Virus record (IMG/VR): IMGVR_UViG_3300029305_003510
Location: 32,001-96,000 of that record
DNA: 64,000 nucleotides
DNA from: a virus
Lineage: Duplodnaviria; Caudoviricetes
Reading direction: 5' to 3' (one strand)
Shown piece after piece: positions 49,735-58,383 of this stretch (position 1 is the first letter of the stretch; each line of letters starts with the position of its first letter). The position numbers and the translations under genes were made by a program. Below the pieces are notes generated by a model. The model saw only the letters and a list, made by a program, of their open reading frames with translations. It was not told the DNA's origin and ran no database searches.

Positions 49735-50580
49735 GTGAGGACAATAGCCTTCATATATGAAGATCCGAATAGAGATCGACAAGGTTTCTATAAATTGAAA
49801 CGAACCTATAGCGATCTGTATAAGAAAGTAAATTATACAACACCTGTACAGATGGTGCAGAACAGAATCATTGAGTATGATATTAAATCTGCAAATATCA
49901 GCATGCTTCGACAAGCGGGTGTGGTTAAAAGTTCTACATTGGATGAATTAGAGAAACTCCCTAAGAAAGACCGACAAGTATTAATCGGTAAAATGCAGAA
50001 ACTTGACCCGAAACTGAAGAAGGTTATTGCCCGTGGAATCATTCAGGCTAAACATGATTTATTCCAAGCAAATGGAATCCAGGATAGTGAAGTGTTATCT
50101 ATTAAAAATGATGCACTTTTCATCGCTGGAAGGCGTTTGAAATATACAAAGTTTGGTGAGGTTGAGTTTAGGCCTAAGAACACGTATTCTTTCTATATCA
50201 AAATTGAAGGGATTGAGTTCTATTATGATTCTAAAAATGATATAGTTGCTGTTAAAGGTGTGAATGATTCAATAGTTGAACATCCAGATCATCAGGAAGG
50301 TATGATTCGATTCTTTGCAAAAGTTATGAAATTCATGGTATATGATCATCGTGATGCTTTGCGAAGATATCTGATTGAATTTTCTGATGACTATAAGAAC
50401 AAACGCCTTCCGGTACAATACTATCGTGAGTTTGGTAGCGCTAATATTTACCGGACAAATATGGGCATCGCTGAATATAGTTTTAATTTGGTTGCTGCAG
50501 GCGAAGATGATAAAGAGATCATCAATGGTGTGTTCAATTATATGAAGTTTGTACTTCCACTTATACAGACATTTATTTAG
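49735..50580 (+). CDS. Minimal family-B DNA polymerase palm-like protein with N-terminal RDRQGFYKLKR tag
   Basis: IIEYDIKSAN (motif A-like) and SIKNDALF (motif C-like); no exonuclease domain. Confidence 0.5.
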   Translation: MRTIAFIYEDPNRDRQGFYKLKRTYSDLYKKVNYTTPVQMVQNRIIEYDIKSANISMLRQAGVVKSSTLDELEKLPKKDRQVLIGKMQKLDPKLKKVIARGIIQAKHDLFQANGIQDSEVLSIKNDALFIAGRRLKYTKFGEVEFRPKNTYSFYIKIEGIEFYYDSKNDIVAVKGVNDSIVEHPDHQEGMIRFFAKVMKFMVYDHRDALRRYLIEFSDDYKNKRLPVQYYREFGSANIYRTNMGIAEYSFNLVAAGEDDKEIINGVFNYMKFVLPLIQTFI

Positions 50581-50596
50581 GAGGTGTAATCGCATT

Positions 50597-51082
50597 ATGA
50601 TCTCTGGATTAGTTCTTGCATACATCTGGGCTGCGGTTATTTTCGTAGTAGGAATTATTCTGATGGTATGTGGCTTTATCTTTATGAAACATGCTCGCAG
50701 GTATAAAAAGATGCAAGAAGAGCTTGTCAAGAAAGTTGAGATTCGAACGAAGAAGGAGTATAATAAGATCGCTTTGATGTCTCCTAAGGATCTCAATACC
50801 TATTTGACACAAACATTTGCTAAGATGCTCGAGGTTGAGTCTCAAGCACATATCAGTGAGAAGGATTTTGAAGCCACTACAAAACTCTTTGCATATAGTT
50901 TGGCCGCGCTGGTAGATTTTCTTGGGCCTGAGACGATTGACGCGATTGATTACTATTACGGCAAAGACTACGTGCAGAGATGGGCACAGTATTCGTATCG
51001 CTTGATTGAAGCTCGAAGACTTACTGACAGTGTGGTAAATAAAGCGATGATGTATGAATCGCTTACTAACCATATGGTATAG
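50597..51082 (+). CDS. Hypothetical membrane-anchored protein
   Basis: N-terminal hydrophobic helix; ATG after GGAGGTG. Confidence 0.75.
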   Translation: MISGLVLAYIWAAVIFVVGIILMVCGFIFMKHARRYKKMQEELVKKVEIRTKKEYNKIALMSPKDLNTYLTQTFAKMLEVESQAHISEKDFEATTKLFAYSLAALVDFLGPETIDAIDYYYGKDYVQRWAQYSYRLIEARRLTDSVVNKAMMYESLTNHMV

Positions 51083-51130
51083 TAAAAATAAGAGAGGAGT
51101 GGACCGTCTATGGCCCACTCCTTATTCTTT

Positions 51131-51775
51131 TTATTTGAAACTTTTTAACTGATCGGCAACATCAAACAATCCTTGATCAAGAGATTTACCATCGGCATTT
51201 TTACATTCATCGATATATCGTTGAATATATCGAAAATGTTCGCGCTCCATACCATCACCCCATCTATCGATAAAGCGATCCAGTCTGCCCCATGTGGCTT
51301 TAATATCAATGAAGATTCCCTTATTACTCTTTTTATTATGAGCACCACCAATATGAACCGGTTTAGAGAGCATGACAATCATGATATTATCGGCCTCGTG
51401 TTCAGCCAGTACCAAATCGGCGATCTTAAATGTAGTGATATCTGTATCACCTCTGAGAAGACAAGCACGTAGCACAATATCACAAATATCAAAAAGATTA
51501 AAAATTGGTCCATGATGCATTTCAATTTTTAGCTTAGGTGCTTCTGTAGGAAGATTTCCCATGATAACGCATTTATCCAGTCCACCTTCTTTAAGCTTAT
51601 GGATGTAATCACTATAGCGGTCATCATCCCGGACCATAGCTTCACAGCCTTTTACATATTTTTCATACCGATCATAATCTTCAAGAAGATCTCTTTTTTC
51701 TGCTTCAAAGGAGATATATTCTTTAGCATTTTTACCGAGGCCATGTATTTTAAGGGGTTCAAATTTAGAAGACAC
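51131..51775 (-). CDS. Conserved jumbo-phage HNH-like protein (paralog of 43683-44420)
   Basis: IEMHH.P.FNL.DI, H....I.IV.LSK.VH; GTG start after AAGGAGG; late promoter AACACCCCTATA at 51806-51817. Confidence 0.55.
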   Translation of the reverse strand: MSSKFEPLKIHGLGKNAKEYISFEAEKRDLLEDYDRYEKYVKGCEAMVRDDDRYSDYIHKLKEGGLDKCVIMGNLPTEAPKLKIEMHHGPIFNLFDICDIVLRACLLRGDTDITTFKIADLVLAEHEADNIMIVMLSKPVHIGGAHNKKSNKGIFIDIKATWGRLDRFIDRWGDGMEREHFRYIQRYIDECKNADGKSLDQGLFDVADQLKSFK

Positions 51776-52010
51776 AAAAGACTCCTCCTTCTTTTGCAAC
51801 ATATTTATAGGGGTGTTGTCGCGTTTTTGAAGGATGACATCTTGTAGTATGACTATATGACCTCTTCACAGATTGTCGGAATGTTACTGGGTGCAGCTAT
51901 GTGCGTTCTGACGCGGCTTTTTGGCATGGACATATATTCTTCTCCGTTTTGTTTCTGCCTGTGTTTTTGTCAGGTGATTTCCAATTCTTTTCTCTTTCCT
52001 TTGTTGAGTG

Positions 52011-52047
52011 ATAACAGGAGTACCTTTAGGGGAGGTACTCCTGTTAT
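52011..52047. terminator. 15-bp hairpin
   Basis: ATAACAGGAGTACCT/AGGTACTCCTGTTAT plus T-run. Confidence 0.7.
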
Positions 52048-52069
52048 TTTCGTATTTATCGATACAGAA

Positions 52070-52081
52070 AACATCACTATA
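52070..52081 (+). promoter_or_regulatory. Late promoter AACATCACTATA
   Basis: AACA-N6-TA. Confidence 0.65.
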
Positions 52082-52133
52082 ATCGGTAGAGACCGTGATT
52101 TGCGATGATTTATACAGAAAGGAGGAGTATCTG

Positions 52134-54311
52134 TTGACTTATGATTTTCTCGAGTCTCTATATGCAGATGTACTATCGATTGTAAAAGGTCTGGTGGTAA
52201 AACGCGTAGACCTTGCTCGTGAGAATGAGACTATTGATACGGTCAGAGCATTTGAGACTTATCTGGCCTGTGTAAATGGGACTCGTTATTTTTATACTTT
52301 CAAAGAGTATGAATTGGAAATTTTAGAGAAGTATATGCCGAAAACACAAGCAGTAGCCTGCCATCTGGATGCAAACAAAATCCCAGAGGAGCTGCGCGAG
52401 GCTATTGTGAACGATCAGGCTAAGTATGTATTGGACACATACGTTGAGCGAAATGAATATTACCGAATGCTAATTGGTCTTCCTCGGCTGGATGATACTC
52501 AATGGATATATGTCCGCAATCAAAGAGATATTCCCAGGGATGTGCCGATTCATCAGATGTCGATTGACCAAATTTCTCAGCTTGAAGTTCGAGGAGTATT
52601 AGATCAGTTGAAAGCTGATAATCCCAGTGCAGACTATCTGAATTATCTTGGTGTGAACTCTGTTGATTTGATTGAAGCACGGTTGGCAAAACCCTTTGAA
52701 ATTCTTCGGATGGGTAGTACAACAAATGTTCGAGTAATGGATATGTTCCAGAAGGAGTATTACTTTGCTCGACGTTATATCATGTCTACGATCTATCATA
52801 GAGAACAAATCACTACTAAGACTCTATATGATCCGACGATCGGTGTTTTGATGTTGACGCTGGCTATTCGCAATACATTAGTACCTGATGAAAAAGCTTA
52901 CCTTAATTTTGAAGAGATTCTTGACGCAATTCTGGAATCTTATGGGATGTTAAGGTATTTCCAGAAGTTTCCATTTACTTATAAGCAGAGACTAGTTCTT
53001 GCTATGGACCGTCTGCTGAAAGTAAAAGGAACTGATGGCGTGCTTGTTGATGTCTGTAAGTTGTTTTCGCAGGATGACCTGATTGCTAATCGGTATTTTC
53101 TTATGAAGACACAACCTAAAGACATTGATGGTAATATCAGTTTCACTGGAGATCCAAATCAGGACTATCGTCTTGATTTCATCAGAGCCGAAATTCAAGA
53201 GCATGATATCAATACACAGGAAGAAAATCGACTCTCATATGACACTGTCACTGACAATGACTTTCTTTGGCAGCTTACTCCTGAAGAGAAAGAGGAGATT
53301 CTTCTTACTGATTTTAATCTGATGATGACGAAGTATGTTGACGTAGAAGTTGCATACGAAGTCACGTCCCTTGTATTTGAAGTTTGTTGTTTTATTAATC
53401 TTATCTTGTATGCCAGAGATAACATTGCAAAGGTGACAATGGTCAATACTTATGCAACTTCTGGTAAGTGTACGTTATTCACGATGATGAACTTCCTTTT
53501 GGCTGCTATGGCTAAGAGGGCTCATTTTGATGGAAATATTGTATACGAGCCTACACAGATTGCAGAGATCTGGAGATTCAATTATGATGATATCGAGGAG
53601 CAAGTCCGAGAGATTGTTAATAAGTATGAATTACAGATTGATGTGGACCGTGTCCTGGTTGAAGGATTTGATATGGAACTTGCCAAACCCCTTGGGAGGA
53701 CAGATTCCCCTGATATTCTGTCCATATATGTAAAGAATCGAGCACTCTTCGATGCGATATTGGATGAGATGCATAAAACGAATGATATCCGACAATATAT
53801 TGCGTTATCTAACTGTAAGGATATTTTCTTTACATCTTCTAAGGAGCGTGAAACTTTCATCAAGCTTGATGGGACATATGCAGAAACATACTATGAAATG
53901 TTGGAAGATCTTGATCCAAAATTAGCAAGAAAGCTTGATAGCATCGAAGATGAGGATGCACTGAATGGTCTGCTAGTGTATATTCTGGAGAAGCTGGAAG
54001 ATCTATTTAACTCAGATGAGCTGAAATATCTATTCCTTAATACTCCTACTGTATACGCATCACTGATTGGTCGATATATCCGAATGGCGATTAATGTCTT
54101 CAAGGCGTCTTCCGTCCAGCTTCGCTCTATTAATATTTTCTTCTATCTTGGAGATAGAGATCCTATTCGTGTGATTGATGGTAAAGTTGTACATAAGAAG
54201 TATCCAATCAATGAATGGATTCATGTACAAGATACCGTAAGTACACATAAAACCATATTCCTGAATGAATATATAGCAGTAGGTGATAAGGCCTACGCAA
54301 ATATCGAGTAA
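52134..54311 (+). CDS. Putative baseplate wedge protein (gp7/gpI-like)
   Basis: LLKVKGT..V..V..LF motif typical of baseplate wedge proteins; TTG start after AAGGAGG; late promoter. Confidence 0.55.
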   Translation: MTYDFLESLYADVLSIVKGLVVKRVDLARENETIDTVRAFETYLACVNGTRYFYTFKEYELEILEKYMPKTQAVACHLDANKIPEELREAIVNDQAKYVLDTYVERNEYYRMLIGLPRLDDTQWIYVRNQRDIPRDVPIHQMSIDQISQLEVRGVLDQLKADNPSADYLNYLGVNSVDLIEARLAKPFEILRMGSTTNVRVMDMFQKEYYFARRYIMSTIYHREQITTKTLYDPTIGVLMLTLAIRNTLVPDEKAYLNFEEILDAILESYGMLRYFQKFPFTYKQRLVLAMDRLLKVKGTDGVLVDVCKLFSQDDLIANRYFLMKTQPKDIDGNISFTGDPNQDYRLDFIRAEIQEHDINTQEENRLSYDTVTDNDFLWQLTPEEKEEILLTDFNLMMTKYVDVEVAYEVTSLVFEVCCFINLILYARDNIAKVTMVNTYATSGKCTLFTMMNFLLAAMAKRAHFDGNIVYEPTQIAEIWRFNYDDIEEQVREIVNKYELQIDVDRVLVEGFDMELAKPLGRTDSPDILSIYVKNRALFDAILDEMHKTNDIRQYIALSNCKDIFFTSSKERETFIKLDGTYAETYYEMLEDLDPKLARKLDSIEDEDALNGLLVYILEKLEDLFNSDELKYLFLNTPTVYASLIGRYIRMAINVFKASSVQLRSINIFFYLGDRDPIRVIDGKVVHKKYPINEWIHVQDTVSTHKTIFLNEYIAVGDKAYANIE

Positions 54312-54331
54312 AGAGAGGTGCACAATTACTC

Positions 54332-55219
54332 ATGGCTAATATTAAAATTCGTGGCGATCATATGACCGTGCTTGATACTGTGCATGATGATTCTGGTCGT
54401 CTTTTGGCTGAAGCAAGGCCTCATGAAGTCATTGGCGAGGTGGAAATCATTTTGGCTTCCAAATATGGCGGTAAAACGATTTTCACTCGTTCTCTGAGAC
54501 GCAATGATCTGCTCGTTACTGGTGCAGTATTCTTGTCTGAAAAGGTGAACAATATTCGTTCTACTTTTAAGACTACTCCAATTGATTTGGAGCTCGGTGT
54601 TCACACAATTGAGGAGATCGATACTTCTTCTGATACTGTACCGTTGGAGAAGATCGTTGGCATCATGGTCGGTAATGGTGGTTGTGGTGATACCTATAAT
54701 ACAGTACATAAAGTTCATCGCACGGATCGTACTGTACCCGGCATGCTCCCCCTTCGGGTTGTACCTTTGGAGCATGATCTGGAAGGCGCTACACGCAATC
54801 GTTACCTCCTGCGTGTAGTAAAGGGCGACTATGCTTATTACTACGGTAAGAAGTTTACCGTTGAGCGTGAGATCAATGTCCAATATGAAGATGGCACGAC
54901 CGTTCCTACAAACGTAGATATCATCGGCGATTCTAACGGGAAGTATATCAAGACTTTCACTAAGTATTCTGCGACATTGGATGAGACGGATATTCGTGAA
55001 GGTTTTAAGATCAGTCAGGGAAGTACCATGCGGTCGTTGGTAAATTCTGTTGGTCTGATGACAGGTTATATCGGAGAGGCGTCTGATTCCAAAGAAAAGG
55101 GCGGAAATGTTGAGGAAGTCTTCAATGCCCGAATGATGACTACTCTGAACATGGAGAACAATGAATTGAAAGATTCTGAGGCGACAGTTACTTTTATCTA
55201 TCGTCTCTATTTCACTTAA
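54332..55219 (+). CDS. Putative baseplate/tail-attachment structural protein
   Basis: 295 aa, beta-rich, ends in TFIYRLYF; lies in the late operon. Confidence 0.5.
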   Translation: MANIKIRGDHMTVLDTVHDDSGRLLAEARPHEVIGEVEIILASKYGGKTIFTRSLRRNDLLVTGAVFLSEKVNNIRSTFKTTPIDLELGVHTIEEIDTSSDTVPLEKIVGIMVGNGGCGDTYNTVHKVHRTDRTVPGMLPLRVVPLEHDLEGATRNRYLLRVVKGDYAYYYGKKFTVEREINVQYEDGTTVPTNVDIIGDSNGKYIKTFTKYSATLDETDIREGFKISQGSTMRSLVNSVGLMTGYIGEASDSKEKGGNVEEVFNARMMTTLNMENNELKDSEATVTFIYRLYFT

Positions 55220-55236
55220 TGAGGAGGGATTGACCA

Positions 55237-56481
55237 ATGGCGGAAAGGATTCTCAACGAGGCTCAGCAGAAAGAGCTGTTCCGCCTCATCGGTGATCCTG
55301 AAAAGTTGGATGCTCATATCATTGCAAATTTATTTGCTTATATGAAAGATGGCGGTATTAAGTATCATCCTGATGATATTATTACCATTGGACCAAATGA
55401 GTCGAAGTTTGTAAAACCCAATACGAAGACTACAATCGGTATCTATCTAGCAAATAAGTATATCTGGGAAGATCTGGCCATCTTCGGGTATATCAATAAA
55501 CCCGTTACTGGCAAGGTAAATGGCAAGATTGATACCGCAATGGCAAAAGCTTTGATGTCTGGTGATATTACACGGGAGCAATATGGTCGTTATATTGATC
55601 GTACACAGTGGTTATATGGTGGTCCTCTTGCTTTTATTATCAATACTTCCTTATCGGAAACTTTGATCACTCTTCCTCCGGCTGCTAAAGCTCAGAAGAA
55701 GAAGCTCCTTGAAGAAAATCGAGAAGGCATTGAAGCGAATGATCCTCAGGTGTCTACTCATATTGAACATGAAGTTGTTAAGACTGCATTGGATGAAATG
55801 AGGAAAAAGAATGACCCTGCTATGGCATTGTTTGATGCCGGTTGCGGTATTGATCCATATAACCAATATAAGACAATTATGGTTATGAAGGGTGCTGTTC
55901 AGGATAATACAGGCGAATCTCCTACGGGATATAAGGTCATTACATCTAACTATGATACCGGTATCACTAAAGAAGATATGCCGAAAATCGCTGATACAGT
56001 TGTTACGTCATCCTATTCTTCTGGCGTTGCTACACAGGACTCCGGTACAAACGGAAAGAAATATAACGCTTTGTTTCAGCGAGTTCGACTTCAAAAGCGC
56101 GGTTCTGATTGTAGCACAACCGAGACGATTGCCGTTGATATCACAAAGGATAATGCAGACGACTATACCTGGCGGTATATCGTCGAAGGTAGTTCTAACG
56201 GTAGTAAGGGCAAACTTGTGATGCTTACTCCAGAAAATATTGACTCCTACATCGGCAAGACAGTAAAGATGCGCACCGGTATCTACTGTAAGGCGAAAGA
56301 CCCTGAGTATTGTTCTTGCTGTATTGGCGACAGACCATATCGTATCGGTGTGCGTAATATTGGGTTTACGTTTATGACTATTTCAGGCTCTACCTTAAAT
56401 GCTTCCTTGAAGCGTAAACATGACGTAAGCGTGAAGTTATATCCGATACAGATATCCGATGTGATGAAATATGTGATGTAA
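55237..56481 (+). CDS. Phage RNA polymerase beta'-like subunit fragment (bridge helix/Zn-binding region)
   Basis: GVATQDSG (cf. ALKTADSG bridge helix), DCSTT (cf. DCGT), VKMRTG.YC.....YCSCC.G (cf. VRS..C....C..CYG). Confidence 0.8.
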   Translation: MAERILNEAQQKELFRLIGDPEKLDAHIIANLFAYMKDGGIKYHPDDIITIGPNESKFVKPNTKTTIGIYLANKYIWEDLAIFGYINKPVTGKVNGKIDTAMAKALMSGDITREQYGRYIDRTQWLYGGPLAFIINTSLSETLITLPPAAKAQKKKLLEENREGIEANDPQVSTHIEHEVVKTALDEMRKKNDPAMALFDAGCGIDPYNQYKTIMVMKGAVQDNTGESPTGYKVITSNYDTGITKEDMPKIADTVVTSSYSSGVATQDSGTNGKKYNALFQRVRLQKRGSDCSTTETIAVDITKDNADDYTWRYIVEGSSNGSKGKLVMLTPENIDSYIGKTVKMRTGIYCKAKDPEYCSCCIGDRPYRIGVRNIGFTFMTISGSTLNASLKRKHDVSVKLYPIQISDVMKYVM

Positions 56482-56593
56482 TAAATCCCCACTGGTCTTA
56501 ATTGATCAGTGGGGTAACATTTTGTATGAAAGGCGGAGAAAAAGAATCGGATGAAGGTTACCGATTCTTTGAGATGTGTTATGTTGATGGAAG

Positions 56594-56785
56594 TTATCCG
56601 ACAACAATGCGACCCATATTGCCATATAAAGGCTCAGGACCAGGTTTACGATATTCAACAACAGGGAGCTCATCACTCAAATCTGTGTTGAAATTGTCGA
56701 TTTTCATGTGTTCACAACATTCTTTTAAATGCATAAACGTCTCGACCAATCATTCCATCGAAGGATATTCCGCGTTGGTTCCCAT
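56594..56785 (-). pseudogene. Small ORF interrupted by an in-frame TGA at codon 12
   Basis: Strong SD (AAGGAGGAG) and early motif upstream; translates as MGTNAEYPSME*LVETF...IVVG*. Confidence 0.45.
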
Positions 56786-56980
56786 AATATCTCCTCCTTT
56801 CATACATAAAATGGAGAGAGGGTAGTGTCAGTACCCTCTCTCCATGCCTTCATTATTATAGTATATATGCGAAAGTTATGTTAAATTGGAAAAGTGCAGA
56901 GAGCCCAAATTGGGCTCTCTATTTTATTCTTAGCAGTTTCCTAACTTAGGTATAACACCCACTCGAAGGAGGTAATTATA

Positions 56981-57646
56981 TTGCTTGCGCACAAGGTAAA
57001 TGAAGATGCACGACTGTTTTTCTTTGAGGTAAAATATCCTGAAGAATACGGTGTATGGTACCCCACATATGATCAGGATATCGAATATCTGAAATCTCGA
57101 ATCCTGACTTATCGTTCCGCTCATACGACTGAGATGGATATGGAGACCAGTCAGTATTATGAAGGTGCAAAAACGCTCATTGAAGTTTTCGATCTGTTCA
57201 TGGCTACCGGCATCGCAACTATCTGTAAAGATATGAATGTACTGATCGAGAATATCAAAGAGCCGGAACATTTTGATCATGCAGAAGTTCAGTTTCATAT
57301 GATCTATGATCAAACACAGGTTGATGATAACGGGAAAATGACAAGTTCTGCTAAAGGTGATTATAAAATCACTCTTATCTATACTCGTGAAACCAATAAT
57401 CCCTGTGGTATTTTCCTGATCTATGGAGAGAATCTCGATAATGGTAATACCTTTACCGTTGGAGATACTCTGGTATCTAAAATCGGGCTGACTACTGATC
57501 ATTTAAACTGGTTGGACGAGGGTGCAAAATGTTTTCCTGCTGGTCCGATTCTGAAGTATAGTGAGAACTTTCCTATATATGCTACACTAGCTAATCAGAT
57601 CATGGATCGTCTGAAGGATACGTTAGATATTATTGTGTATGATTAA
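56981..57646 (+). CDS. Hypothetical protein
   Basis: 221-aa ORF, AAGGAGG SD, TTG start. Confidence 0.8.
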   Translation: MLAHKVNEDARLFFFEVKYPEEYGVWYPTYDQDIEYLKSRILTYRSAHTTEMDMETSQYYEGAKTLIEVFDLFMATGIATICKDMNVLIENIKEPEHFDHAEVQFHMIYDQTQVDDNGKMTSSAKGDYKITLIYTRETNNPCGIFLIYGENLDNGNTFTVGDTLVSKIGLTTDHLNWLDEGAKCFPAGPILKYSENFPIYATLANQIMDRLKDTLDIIVYD

Positions 57647-57663
57647 TAAGAATTGAGAGGTGA

Positions 57664-58383
57664 ATGGTTTTGACTGATATGAAGTCGATTACAGTCATTA
57701 AACGTGATGGTCGTGAGGTTGAATTCAATTACGATCGTATTACGAAAGCTATCAAGTCAGCAATGATTGCTGTGAATCCGCAGGGTTATATTAATGGTAT
57801 TCCAGTTGAGCTTGCTGCTGCGAATGTCAAAGACGATGTTGTTTACGATATCGAGAAGTCCTTGCGATCTGATGCAGATAAAAAGATCACTGTAGAAGCA
57901 ATCCAGGATCTCGTTGAAGAAGCTCTTATTCGTTTAGGCTATTCTGATATTGCCAGAGCGTACATCATCTATAGACAGAATCGTAATCGTGCACGCAATT
58001 ATAAATCTGATATGATGAATATTATGCGTGAGATTACATATTCTGATGCTGTTGATGCTGATATTAAACGCGAGAATGGTAATATCAATGCTGACTCTCC
58101 TATGGGAGCTATGCTCAAGTATGGTTCTGAAGTATCCAAACAGTTTGCGCATCAGGATCTTCTTACACCCGAACATAGCAAGGCTCATATGGAGGGAGAC
58201 TGTCAAATACATGATTTGGATTTCCTTGCTACTGGTACATTGACTTGTAATCAGATTGATATTATCGAACTTTTTAAGGATGGGTTTTCTACAGGGCACG
58301 GATATCTTAGAGAACCTGGTTCGATTCGATCTTATGCAGCTCTTGCATGTATTGCGATTCAGGCAGAGCAGAATGATATGCAT
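57664..58383 (+). CDS. nrdD: Anaerobic (class III) ribonucleotide reductase large subunit, exon 1 (with ATP cone)
   Basis: VIKRDG ATP cone, ENGN, H..G..IHDLDF, TC.QI, QAEQNDMH. Confidence 0.93.

Noticed and set aside
51857-52108. Hydrophobic 83-aa ORF (possible small membrane toxin or holin)
   Set aside because: There is no SD, and the ORF runs through a strong hairpin and the late promoter of the next gene; it cannot be supported
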